64,000 nt of DNA, from positions 103,788,001-103,852,000 of the forward strand of contig OX597821.1 of assembly GCA_951406725.2 (NCBI GenBank), read 5' to 3'. The position numbers and the translations under genes were made by a program. The stretch's first letter is position 1; each line of letters opens with the position of its first letter. The notes under the pieces were generated by a model. The model ran no database searches, was not told the DNA's origin, and saw only the letters and a list, made by a program, of their open reading frames with translations. This DNA is from Octopus vulgaris. Taxonomy: Eukaryota. Positions 1 to 12,250 of the stretch are shown piece by piece.

Positions 1-203
1 CAGACACACAAACACACACATACATATACATATATATACATATATACGACAGGCTTCTTTCAGTTTCCGTCTACCAAATCGACTCACAAGAAATTGGTCG
101 GAAAATAGCAGAAGACACTTGCTCAAGTTGCCACGCTGTAGGACTGAACCCGGAACCATGTGGCTGCTTAGCAAGCTACTTACCACACAGCCACTCCTGC
201 GCC
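1..203 (-). mobile_element. tRNA-headed SINE family A, 5' half (truncated by window edge)
   Basis: Minus strand begins GGCGCAGGAGTGGCTGTGTGGTAAG (A box) ... GGTTCAGTCC (B-box-like) then a CTTGAGCAAGTGTCTTCT core; same family recurs more than 12 times in the window. Confidence 0.85.
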
Positions 204-388
204 TTGTAATATGATGACAAAGTTTTTGTCGTTCGAAACTACAACCTGTTGTTCACTGTCAAAAGTGTTTTACCAAATAAACGTTTAAGTGAAGTTGACA
301 GCCTTCATGCGTTCCTAAATGGCTAACTTCTGTCCTTAACGCTGCAATCGCTCTCACGCTATGTCTGCCTGTGTGTGTCTCACTTTCT

Positions 389-421
<33 letters not shown>

Positions 422-426
<5 letters not shown>

Positions 427-656
427 ACATAAGGAATCCACTTATAAGAATTCAACACGCTAGAAAGAACAGCTAGGTTCTATAACCACAAAAATTAGGG
501 ATAAAATTCGACAGGAACGATTTGAAAAATGAAAAACATTTTACCATCTAGTTTCCTGGACCAATTGGTTGTGATTTTTCTAATTTTTGTGGTTATAGAA
601 CCTACCTGTTCTTTCTAGCGTGTTGAATTCCTATAAGTGGATTCCTTATGTGTTTA
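422..656. repeat. Fold-back element: ~77-bp inverted arms with 81-bp spacer, abutting (TA)n
   Basis: 422-498 is the near-perfect reverse complement of 580-656. Confidence 0.9.
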
Positions 657-789
657 AATATACACTATATCGTATGACTAATATATTGTCTTTTTGACTA
701 AATTTTTTACACGTTAGACCACTGGAAATGTAAATTTTAAATAATTTCCATTTCCCTTTGATATGATTAAATATTATATATTCTTTCCC

Positions 790-1203
790 TCTTTTAGTTT
801 TATCGGTCATTTGACTGCAACCAAACTGGAGCACCGCCTTTAGTCGCAGATATCGACTCCAGGACTTTTTCTTTGTAAGCCTAGTACTTATTCTATCGGT
901 CTCTTTTGCTGAACAGCTAAGTTACGGGGACATAAACACACCAGCATCGGTTGTCAAGCAATGGTGGGGTACAAACACAGACACACAAATACACACACAC
1001 ATACAAAATAATACATATTATACATACATGCATATTATAATTGTATATATAACGACGGGCTTCTTTCGGTTTCCATCTACCAAATCGACTCACTTTGGTC
1101 GGCCCGAGGCTGTAGTAGAAGACACTTCCCCTAGTTGCCTGGGAGTGGGATTAAACCCGGAACCATGTGGTTGGAAAACAAGCTTATTTACTACATAGCC
1201 ACA
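790..1203 (-). mobile_element. SINE family A, near full length
   Basis: Head near 1203, internal CA/TA microsatellite, tail AAAGGCGGTGCTCCAG...CAGTCAAATGAC on the minus strand. Confidence 0.85.
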
Positions 1204-1204
1204 G

Positions 1205-1641
1205 CTCTGTACTTATGTGATCTTTTCGAACAATTCGCGTAAGTGTAAAACGGTCCCTAGCAGAAAGATTTGAATTACTTTCGGAGTTTTGTTTCGACGA
1301 GGAGGTTTTTTTCCCTCTTTCTCGAAAGCTGTCATTACATTCGAGAAATTTCATCTTGATACACCAATCATTTCAGCTGCTTTCGTTGCGCTAGCGCCTG
1401 CCATACGAGCACCAACAATTCGACCTCTTTGAAAGTCCGATATATCTGTCATTTTAATGAATTTTAATTACCTTTTTCTGATGATATCTGAAAAGATACA
1501 ACAATTTTAGAAAAAACATTTTAAGCAACACAAATAAATAAAAAAAAACATAAAAATAAATAAGCTTTTGACGGTTTTATAGATATTTGAAACTTATGCT
1601 GCTATGATGCTAGGTGTTTCCATTATTTTGTCCAACACATG
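1205..1641 (-). mobile_element. Tc1-like DNA transposon 5' fragment (TIR plus decayed transposase N-terminal HTH)
   Basis: Minus strand TA|CATGTGTTGGACAAAATAATGGAAACACC is TIR-like; ATG at 1452 gives MTDISDFQRGRIVGARMAGASATKAAEMIGVSR*..., a typical Tc1 paired-like domain; interrupted by the SINE at 1203. Confidence 0.8.
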
Positions 1642-1644
1642 TAT

Positions 1645-1779
<135 letters not shown>

Positions 1780-1811
1780 TTTATATATATATAAATATAT
1801 ATTCTCTCTTT

Positions 1812-2202
1812 ACTCCTTTACTTGTTTTAGTTATTTGACTGCGGCCATGTTGGAGCACTGCCTTTCATCGAGCAACTCGACCCCGGAACTTATTCTTTTG
1901 TAAGCCCAGAACTTATTCTATCGGTCTCTTTTTGCCGAGCCGGTAAGTAACGGGGACATAAACACACCAACATCGGTTGTCAAGCAATGCTAGGAGGACA
2001 AACACACACACAAACACAGAAACACAGACACACAAACGCACAAACACACATACATATATACGACGGGCTTCTTTCAGTTTCCGTCTACCAAATCCACTCA
2101 CAAGGCTTTGGTCGGCCCGAGGCTATAGTAGAAGACACTTGCCCAAGGACTGAACCCGGAACCATGTGGTTGGTAAACAAGCTACTTACCACACAGCCAC
2201 TC
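1812..2202 (-). mobile_element. SINE family A, near full length
   Basis: Same head, core and tail as the other family A copies. Confidence 0.88.
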
Positions 2203-2214
2203 ATATATATATAT

Positions 2215-2270
<56 letters not shown>

Positions 2271-2845
2271 CCAAAATGGGATATAGACTATAGATTAATA
2301 GCGGCTAAAATTGCTACAAATCATCCCATCCCCAAAGGTCTTAAAAACGAAAAATAGAGAAAAAAAATCGATGCATTAGACGCATCACGCAGACTTGATG
2401 GTTTTGTCGCGGTTGGGAATCCTTTGATCATGGTTGCGCTCGACTGGAGCCAACCCTGTATATGCCGCTAAACGTCATTAACTTCATTTTATCACATGAT
2501 CAGTTCGCTGCAGCCAGGTGAGCCGAACGTTCGATGGTTAGTTTCTAGATGGTCGTCTATAGCAGAGTCTGCTGCAGTAATATATTGGCTCATGATCCAT
2601 TTCTGTTCTTGACCTTTAGACTGTATGTGTCTATCAAATTATTTGTATATTTGTACAAATACGCATATACACACACACATACTCATGCAAACACTCACAT
2701 GTGTGTATATACATTTGCGTAAACGCACATGTAAACACATGCCCTCTGCCATATCCATAGCTAAATATATATGATATTCAATCAAGAGGAGAAACCAAAA
2801 GGGAAAACGAAATAATTACATATGCGTCTGGATAACGAAATAAAA

Positions 2846-3028
2846 CTCTCTCTCTCTCTCACACTTTCTCTCTCTCTCACACTTTCTCTCTCTCTCACAC
2901 TTTCTCTCTCTCTCTCTCACACTTTCTCTCTCTCTCTCACACTTTCTCTCTCTCTCTGCAAACATATGTACGTATGTATGTATTCATGTATGTCCCTATG
3001 TATTTATGTATGTATGTATGTATGTATG

Positions 3029-3062
<34 letters not shown>

Positions 3063-3132
3063 TGTATGTATGTATGTTTGTATGTATGTATGTATGTATG
3101 TATTTATGTATGTATGTATGTATGTATGTATG

Positions 3133-3166
<34 letters not shown>

Positions 3167-3168
3167 TG

Positions 3169-3201
<33 letters not shown>

Positions 3202-3352
3202 TTGTATGTATGTATGTATGTATGTATGTATGTATGTATGTATGTGTGTGTGTATGTATGTATGTATTATTTATGTATGTATCTATGTACAAAATATCAC
3301 ACACGCATAGAAAAGAGGGGAGAGATTAGATTGGCATACAGATAGATAGAAA

Positions 3353-3425
<73 letters not shown>
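2846..3425. repeat. Compound microsatellite block: (CT)n minisatellite, (TATG)n, (TATC)n
   Basis: Direct inspection; explains the MYVC-repeat ORFs. Confidence 0.95.
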
Positions 3426-3426
<1 letters not shown>

Positions 3427-4036
3427 ATCACATTTTCTATATGTGTTACTGTGTGTGCCTCTCTGTGTGTGCGTATGTGTGTATGTGTGTGTGTACATAT
3501 CTATAAAGTGAGAGACAAAAGGAGACAGAGGGACGGAGAGACTAGTCGAGGTAGCTTTCTCAACTGAGAAACTCTATCGTGATTCTCAGAGTTTCCAATT
3601 CGATTTCACAACGATGTATTGAAATGTGCTCCGAAATATTATCATCTGACTTAAATTTCAAGATACTTATCAACTACAAATAATTAGAATTCTTCAATAT
3701 AATTTCAATTATTTTTCCTACTAAGTGACTGAAGACGGTGAACATTTTCTCTTCTTGACAAAATCAATAGAAAAGATGCACCAACCAATATGCTCCCCAC
3801 TCTCGCGTATCTACGTATGTAATCTACGTATCTAATCTACGTATCTACGTATGTATAATGTATAAGAAATAAATGCATGCACATAATTTACCTAATATCT
3901 ATGGATACTACGGACTGTATTTTAATCAACTCAGGAATACGGACTATGATCATAGGAAACATGGAATTTGTTGAAACGCGCGTAGCGATGCATTTAGATA
4001 TTTATAAATCCCCTCCAATTATTTTATTATTATTAC

Positions 4037-4219
4037 TATATTTATCCTGCCTTATATCGACATGGCCCAGTGCGACTCACAAAATCTGGTATTGCCAGTT
4101 GGCAACATCAGGCTGTAGCTGGAATAATAAAATAGGAGCTTGTGTTTTCGAAACGTTTTCCGTAAATGATCCTCAAGGTTATATATATATATGACTGGGC
4201 CATGTCGATATAAGGCAGG

Positions 4220-4228
<9 letters not shown>
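4037..4228. repeat. Small inverted-repeat element (35-bp perfect arms) next to (TA)n
   Basis: TATATTTATCCTGCCTTATATCGACATGGCCCAGT (4037-4071) and its reverse complement at 4194-4228. Confidence 0.85.
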
Positions 4229-4255
<27 letters not shown>

Positions 4256-4274
4256 CGGTTGTGCGCTTGCGTAT

Positions 4275-6360
4275 GTTTGCATACATACCCACACACTCGC
4301 ATGCATCCCTACCCACATACATACACGCACACCTACTCGCACACACACATACACACACACACATACCCGCACACACACACACATACATACATACACACAC
4401 ATACCCACTTCAGACATACACACACACAGACATACACCCATACACCCACACTCACACGCATACACACACACACATACACACGCACACGTACACATACACA
4501 CACACACACACACCCACATACATACATTACACTTGTATACGCACACACTTACATTCATACACACACACACCTACACAGCCATACCCTCACTCAGACACAC
4601 ACATCTACCTACACACACACAAACACACACTGACACACACCCATACATAGATACATCTACACACTCACGCCTACACACATACATACACACATACATAAAC
4701 ACACACACATACACATACACACACATACGCACACACGCATATACTTATACACATGCACACACACACACATACATACACCCATATACATACACACACACAT
4801 ACCTACATACTCCTATACGCACATACATACACACAGACATACACACATACACACTCACACAAACATACACACACACATACTTACACACACACTCACCTGC
4901 ACGCGCACACACATGCATGACAAACACTCATACACTCACACTCACATACGCACACACCAACATAAACACGCACACGCACACACACACCTACACTCCCACA
5001 CACATACACACGCACCTACATACACACACGCACGCATACACACGCATACACACATACATTACACACGTAACACACACCTACATACACATGCACACACACA
5101 CACACACAAACATGCACGGACACACCCAGACATACATACATACACCTATATACACACGCCTACACACCTACATACACACACATATACACACGCCCACACA
5201 GCTACATACACACACATACATACACACATACACGGACACACCCATACATACTTACATACATACACCTATACACACACGCCTACACACCTACACACACACA
5301 TGCACACACACACACATGTACGCACATACACACACATATACGCACACACATATATACCCACACACATGCACACACACACACATACGCACATACATGCACG
5401 CATGCACACGCGCACACCTACACGCATACACACACACACACGCACGTACACATACATACATACACACACGCATACATACACCCATACACATACATGCATC
5501 CTACACACACATACATACACACTCACACATACATACACACACACGCACTCACTCACACACCTGTATGTTCGCGCACACACATGCACATACACACACTTCC
5601 CCACACCCACACGTACATACATACACACTCATACACACATACACACACACACACACACACGGACATACATCTATGCACACACATATATACACACATACTC
5701 ACATACATTCATCGGACACACTGCCACCCAGACATACACACAGACACACTCACACATCCACACGCACACATACGTACGCGCACACTCGCAGGCTCGCGCA
5801 CACACGCGTTTGCGCCGGTTCGCGCACGCATGCGCCCGCATGCACCTCGCCCTTGGACCCGACGAGACCTCCCGCCCGTTCCTGGGATGTCGCTTGTCGT
5901 TGGGTTTTCCCACGCCCGTCTCCGCGGGACCACTCTTCCATCTTCCCCTCCGCTGGAGTCCTTTTCCTAACCCCCCCCCCCTTTTTTCGTTACACACACG
6001 CGCACACATATACACACATTGCTTAAACATATACATCACTCTTACACACATTCAATCTACTCGCCACTAATACTACCACGACACTGGACACACACACACA
6101 CTACTACTCAACACACGCTGGCACGCTACATACGCCCCCACCCCTTCCCCTCCCTCCCTTCCTCCTTCCTCCCTTTTCTCACTACCGACCTTTGTCTGCT
6201 ATGCTGCTGCTATGCTGACCACCGTCTCGCCCTACCTCACACGCCTACACACAGACGCACACACTAACACATACATATATTTTTTGTTTTTTTACCTCGC
6301 CTCACACACACACATACACACACGCACACGCACACACTCACACATACACACACATCTGTT
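4275..6360. repeat. Degenerate (CA)-rich low-complexity tract
   Basis: Cryptic CA/CATA repeats; source of the long H/T/Y-rich ORFs. Confidence 0.9.
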
Positions 6361-6479
6361 GCGTTACCAACCTTGTCTCCACTCTTTTGCCTTTAAAAAC
6401 CCACTTTGCTCTTGTTATCGTAAACATCCGCCTTTCACCATGTGCTACTGCTAACACCAGCCGTTTTTTTCTCTATCTC

Positions 6480-6646
6480 CGTTGCCCGCTCCGGGATCTT
6501 TCTTTCCTCTCTCTTCCTTCTTTATGTTTCCGACGAAGAGCTCCGCTCGAAACGTCATACCTCCCTGCTTCCATTTCCTGAGCGCCTATTAATAATAATA
6601 CTGTAATTGTTCCCTTGTTGTTGTTTTTTTGTTTCCCGTTTGGATT

Positions 6647-6652
<6 letters not shown>
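6480..6652 (+). mobile_element. Penelope-like terminal (pLTR-type) fragment with decayed minimal hammerhead motif
   Basis: CCGACGA-A-GAGC-tcc-GCTC-GAAAC-GTC at 6530-6556, then a TTCCTGAGCG...GTTTGGATTAA tail ending in (TA)n; a related tail occurs at 17790-17915 and inverted at 18830-18953. Confidence 0.6.
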
Positions 6653-6713
<61 letters not shown>

Positions 6714-6715
<2 letters not shown>

Positions 6716-7200
6716 TTAGTGGTACAACAAGCACCAAAAGTTCCTGGAAATAGCAGTCGATACAATATACTGGCAAAGACGTGTGAGTGCAATAAACATG
6801 AAAAATTTGTCTTACCTGTGGAAAGAACATTATATAAATGGACAACCCAGAATCGGAAATGCAATACCTAGGTTTCGGACTCTTCAGATACTTTTGTCAA
6901 CGTAAATTTGATCAGTCTTCATCAGCTGCATTTACCTAGACAATATTTCAAATGTTGCTACATTAATGCCAGTATACTCGCCTGAACGCTTAGCCGTTAA
7001 CAGAACGGGAACAGTGACAATTGTTCAATGAAAAACAAAATATTGTAATACAGATGTATTACTTTCCAATAAAATAAAGCACCGTAAATGTAGAATTATA
7101 AACATGAATATAGATTAGTGGTACAACAAGGCACCAATATTTACGGGAAATAGCAGTCGATACGTATACGACGCTATCGTAAAGCTTCACTGCGTATATA
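6714..7200 (-). mobile_element. Non-coding hammerhead-bearing element with partial direct repeat (~400-bp spacing)
   Basis: GATTAGTGGTACAACAAG..GGAAATAGCAGTCGATA at 6714 and again at 7113; hammerhead between them; same family forms a palindrome at 29844-30083. Confidence 0.7.
6857..6933 (-). ncRNA. Type I hammerhead ribozyme (predicted)
   Basis: Minus strand: AAATGCAG-CTGATGA-aGACT..AGTCc-GAAA-CCTAGG-TA-TTGCATTT; 8-bp stem I, full core, palindromic stem III ACCTAGGT, GUA cleavage triplet. Confidence 0.85.
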
Positions 7201-7456
7201 CAAGATGGAATTAATAGGCTCTAGTCCAGATAGCAGCACTCATTTCTATGTATTAGAAACAGCTGTAAGAAACAATTGTTGGGATTTGTGTTTAAAGCTT
7301 TTTTATTCATTCTTCTTGTATTATGATTCTTTTGTATGAATTCTACGTATACTAACGCATTTCCACATGTATATCCCGTAAAAGTTATGTTGTATGATGT
7401 CATATGGTAGCCGCTAAATGTAGAGGTGCTTATGAAATGCACGTTACAAGGTAGAC

Positions 7457-7607
7457 TTGGCTGTGTAGTAAGAAGCTTGCTTCCAAGTCACATGGTTCCT
7501 GATTCAGTCTCACTGGGTGGCACCTTTGGCAAGTGTCTTCTCCTATTCCCTCGAGCCGACCAAAGCCTTGTTAGTGGGTTTAATAGACGCAAACCGAAGG
7601 AATCTCG

Positions 7608-7612
<5 letters not shown>
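7457..7612 (+). mobile_element. SINE family A, 5' half
   Basis: TGGCTGTGTAGTAAGAAGCTTGC...GGCAAGTGTCTTCT. Confidence 0.8.
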
Positions 7613-7681
<69 letters not shown>

Positions 7682-7687
<6 letters not shown>

Positions 7688-8246
7688 TTAAGGGTAGAAA
7701 TTGATATTTATCAATTAAGACCAGTGGTCTACCATATTAAAAAAGAATCCGAAGATTAAAATATTTATATATACCAATTAAGGACTGAACACGAAAAGTG
7801 GACAGTCAACATGCTAGATATAGACGTCAAATCGCCATTCTCCACAAAAGATTATGTTCTCAGATCAAACTCAGCACAAAACAAAGCAATAAACAAGTGA
7901 AAATATACGAAATAAGATAATTACTCATGTACTGATCAGTTTCGGCTATTATTATCCGCAAGGATAACTGCAGCCTTCATCAGCATGGTCCGCTATAAAT
8001 GCATCTAGTCCAGCAAATTGCATTTATAACGGACCATGCTGATCAAGGCTGCAGTTATCCTTGCGGATAATAATAGCCGAAACTGATCAGTACATGGGTA
8101 ATTATCTTATTTCGTATATTTTCACTTGTTTATTGCTTTGTTTTGTGCTGAGTTTGATCTGAGAACATAATCTTTTGTGGAGAATGGCGATTTGACGTCT
8201 ATATCTAGCATGTTGACTGTCCACTTTTCGTGTTCAGTCCTTAATT

Positions 8247-8248
<2 letters not shown>
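7682..8248. mobile_element. Fold-back hammerhead element in (TA)n: 230-bp inverted arms (7774-8003 / 8019-8248), 15-nt loop
   Basis: Arms are reverse complements with few mismatches; (TA)n on both sides; left arm extends further to 7682. Confidence 0.9.
7926..7987 (-). ncRNA. Type I hammerhead ribozyme (predicted)
   Basis: Minus strand: CATG-CTGATGA-a-GGCTG ca GTTATCC ttgc GGATAAT aa TAGCC-GAAA-CTGATCAG-TA-CATG; palindromic stem III, GUA triplet. Mirror copy on plus strand at 8035-8096 has CTGATCA (G8 to C). Confidence 0.85.
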
Positions 8249-8324
<76 letters not shown>

Positions 8325-8325
<1 letters not shown>

Positions 8326-8608
8326 GAGACACCCTTCGGTCACGAATGACCATGGGATTGCACCTAGGAAGTTACCCTCCCAGGCACGAGTCCGAGCAAG
8401 TTTGTTTATGGAAGACTAGCAATTGCCCATGCATATCACCCCCTCTCCACGCCACCGATGTTATCCAGGGGAAAGGCTTCGCATCAGTGACGTTGCAACT
8501 CATTTCTACAGTTGAGTAAAATGGAGCAACGTGAAGTAAGGCGTCTTGCTCAAGAACAGAACACGCAGCCCTGTCCGGGATTCGAACTCACAACCTCGCG
8601 GTCGTAAG
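8325..8608 (-). mobile_element. tRNA-headed SINE family B
   Basis: Aligns by eye with the more complete copy at 23371-23696; B box GAGTTCGAATCC on the minus strand. Confidence 0.85.
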
Positions 8609-8795
8609 GTATGTATGTGTGTATGTTTGTCTTTGTGTCTGTGTCTGTCCCCTATCGTCGCCGCTTTACAACCGGTGTTGGTGTGTTTACGTTCCCGTTA
8701 TCTAGCGTTACGACAAAGAGTCTGATAAAATAAGTATTCAGCTTAAAAATAAGTCCTTGGGTCGATTTTTTCGACTAAAAACAGTTTGAGATGGT

Positions 8796-9323
8796 CATCA
8801 TCATCATTGTTCGACCGTGGTCGAGACAATGGAATTTACTATGTTACGCCAGACTTCACGGTCCATCATAGCATTACGGAGGTCCTGTTGCTGGATGCCT
8901 GTATCCCTGGAGATTACATCAGGGTAGGAGAGTGTGCGCCCTCTGGTATTGCGAGTAGATGGCTTCCAGAGGAGAAGAGTAGAAATTACTTCTTTTTCAG
9001 CTCTACAACAATGTCCAGCAAACTGGACTCTCCTACCTTTCACAAGAGATGACACAGGTGATAGTTTCCCATATATTTGCATTTTGGTTGGATGGCGCTT
9101 CCACGAGAGATTTTGAGCTCTCATAAGGAGGCGAGTGTAGGTGCCATCCAACCGCCTCTCAAGCTTCTTTGATAACGTCCAGGTTTCTGAGCCATATAGT
9201 AGAATTGGTTCGACTGTGGCTTTGAATATTTCAAGTTTGAAGTCTCTACTTAGATTTGATGACCAGATCTTATGCATGCCATTACAGGCTGACCAGGCCA
9301 TACCCTTTCTAGTTAGAAAGTCT
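8796..9323 (-). mobile_element. RTE-clade LINE, 5'-truncated (RT C-terminus), inserted in a SINE A tail
   Basis: ORF 8804-9301 with ILLYGSETW and QFAGHCCR motifs, (TGA)n tail, 11-bp TSD TTTGAGATGGT at 8785-8795 and 9324-9334. Confidence 0.92.
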
Positions 9324-9909
9324 TTTGAGATGGTGCTCCAGCGTCACCGCAATCAAATGACTGAAACAAGTAAAAGAATAAAAGGAGATACTTGTTGTGA
9401 TAAACGGAGGAGATGTAGTGGAAAACTAAGATAAAAACAAGTAAAAATTATTAGTTCCTACATACGTTTCGGCATTGCGGTTATTTACCCTCAGCATTGG
9501 ATGTTTGAAATGCTTTTTAATGTATTCCGGACAAGGATAATATTAGAAAAACAGGAGCTCTCATACAGTAGTAGTCTTACATGTAACTGTACATTAAAGT
9601 TATGTACGCGTAGTGCTGACTAGCTCCTGGTTTAGGTAAAAGAAAACAGGAAGGATAGTTAATTATGATTTAATTCAACACATCCTCCTCTCAGATTCAC
9701 ACACTTATTGCAGCGAGCCTTCAGTTTTTCTAAACCCTGTGAAAGAACTCGGGAGGTTAGGCCTCCAACTAGATCTTTCGCAACACCCTTAAAGCCAGGA
9801 ACATTTCGACAATCCTTCGTATATTGATCTATCAATCCAGCTATCTATCTATCTACCTACCTATCTATCTCTCTATCAATCAATCTATCTATCTATCTAT
9901 CTATCTATC

Positions 9910-9976
<67 letters not shown>

Positions 9977-10409
9977 GTATGTATATATATGTCATGATAC
10001 TCATACATATGTATACACTCATTTATAGCTAGCTAGCTAGATAGGCAGATAAAAGAAACAGATATATGTATATATATGCTATCATAATCTAATATCTGTG
10101 GACACGACTCAAACTAAGGCCTGTGTTAACGTTTAAGCACACGTATGAAATCCTCTCTTCTGGATGTACATGTGTATCTGTGTATTTATACATATGTGTA
10201 GAGGTGCATACAAACATTCCTATGTTACTCTACATGTATATGTGTATATTCCATGCGTCTGTGTTATTTTGGCATAGGTGTACGTTAAAGATTATTTCTT
10301 TCATATGAAGTATCGATCACATATCATACTTTGAAATCAATTATGTACAATTACTGGACATATATTTATATAAGTTGTTATAAATCGCTTTCTATATTAA
10401 TGCGTGCGT

Positions 10410-10460
<51 letters not shown>

Positions 10461-11339
10461 ATTGCTATATGTGTGTGTGAATATACGTATTTATATTAAT
10501 ATGCGTGTGCATGTATTCCGTCTTCCTGTTTTGTTGGCTGAAGTTATTGGACTAGGCCCATGTTGCTGCACCAGCTTGAAGGGTTTTACAGGATCGTATC
10601 GACCAGCTGCTTACTTTAGTACGGTACTTATTTTATCGATTTATATTTATTGAATCGGTAAGTTAGGTTTTTGATGTAATCGAAAGCTGTATGTCTTACG
10701 TGTTCACACCGTCAAATATATTTACAAACGTACACACACATACAAACACCACACACACACACACAGACACACACAGAGATGCTTGCATGCAAACACAAAA
10801 TATGCAATGTATATCAGATAAAAATGAATCCGAGGTGTTTGGCGGTGGTCTATGTCTGCAAGCAACTGTATCTGATGGAAAGATTGACGGAATGCAGTAA
10901 ATCTTTATGCCGTGGGGAGTGGAAGTTCCAACATTTTGCAAAAGGTTCTCCTTCAGAAGTTTTTCTTTTACTTCTCAACCTTTTTCCTTCTATTCTATCC
11001 TGTTTTACAACAGTAAATATGGATGTATACTTTAGCTCCCGTATGTTACAAATTTAATTTCCAAACCACTCACGTTCAGCTTTTGTTCTCTCTAAATCAT
11101 CCAAGATTTTTTTCTACATTTCCTCATCCTGCTCTCGATGTTTCTTTAATTATTCCCTACGTTTGCATTCCACCCGCTCCCCCATTGTTTTATGTTGCTT
11201 ATCAGTTGCTGCTTGTCAATCTCTTATAAACGTTACGTGAATATTTTCTTTTATCTTCTTCCTTTCATTTCAACTCTGTAATTGGAAAATTTCCACAGAG
11301 TACAGATATACATAATTATTTCGCTTACATTATCTTATA

Positions 11340-11450
<111 letters not shown>

Positions 11451-11460
11451 GTATATGTAT

Positions 11461-11659
11461 ATTTAGGGATAACCACTAGGTGGATAACCAATATGCTAGA
11501 AGAAGATCACATACGATCTAACTACAAAGAAAAGGATGTTCTCTAGAGAAATTCAGGTGTTTGCTGAATTTCTCTAGAGAACATTCTTTTCTTTGTAGTT
11601 AGATCATATGTGATCTTCTTCTAGCGTATTGGTTATCCACCTAGTGGCTATCCCTAAAT
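11461..11659. repeat. Fold-back element: 96-bp arms, 7-nt loop, following (TA)n
   Basis: 11461-11556 is the reverse complement of 11564-11659 with few mismatches. Confidence 0.92.
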
Positions 11660-11722
11660 ATACACATGTATTGGAATTTTTTCTGATTTTTCAGATTTTT
11701 TATATATGCTAGGCTACATGTA

Positions 11723-11791
<69 letters not shown>

Positions 11792-11809
11792 TGTGTGTGT
11801 GTGAATGTG

Positions 11810-12250
11810 CATGCCTTAGTGGTTAGGGCATTGGACTCACATTCATGAAATAGTGAGTTCGATTTCCAGAAAGGATTTCATGTTGTGTTCTTGAACAAAA
11901 CACTATTTCATGTTGCACCAGTTCATTCATCAGCAGAAATGAGTTGCGATGTCATTGGTGCCAAGCTGTATCGGCCTTTTCTTTTCCGTTGGATAACATC
12001 AGTGGCGTGGAGATAGGAGACTGATATGCATGGGCGACTGCTTGTCTTCCATAAGCAGGCTTACCCAGATTTATGCCTCGAAGGGGAACATTCTCTGTGC
12101 AATGCCATGGGTCAGCAAAAACGACTAATAGAATAAGTACCTGGCTTAAAACAAAATATGTCCAAGTGTCCATTTGTGGAACTAAAACCCTTCAACGTTG
12201 TGCTCCAGCATGGCTGCCTTCAAATAACTGAAATAAGAAAAAGAATAAAG
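11810..12250 (+). mobile_element. Diverged SINE B joined to a SINE A-type tail
   Basis: GCCTTAGTGGTTAGG / GAGTTCGATTTCC boxes; tail GTGCTCCAGCATGGCTGC. Confidence 0.7.

Noticed and set aside
4533-6070. Long ORFs of 497 aa and 385 aa
   Set aside because: Translations of degenerate CA repeats; a faint GIY-YIG-like FIGHTA and a GC-rich patch are too weak to call.
9455-9575. Minus-strand CGAAACGTATGTA as a hammerhead 3' half
   Set aside because: No properly placed CUGANGA or pairing stem I found.
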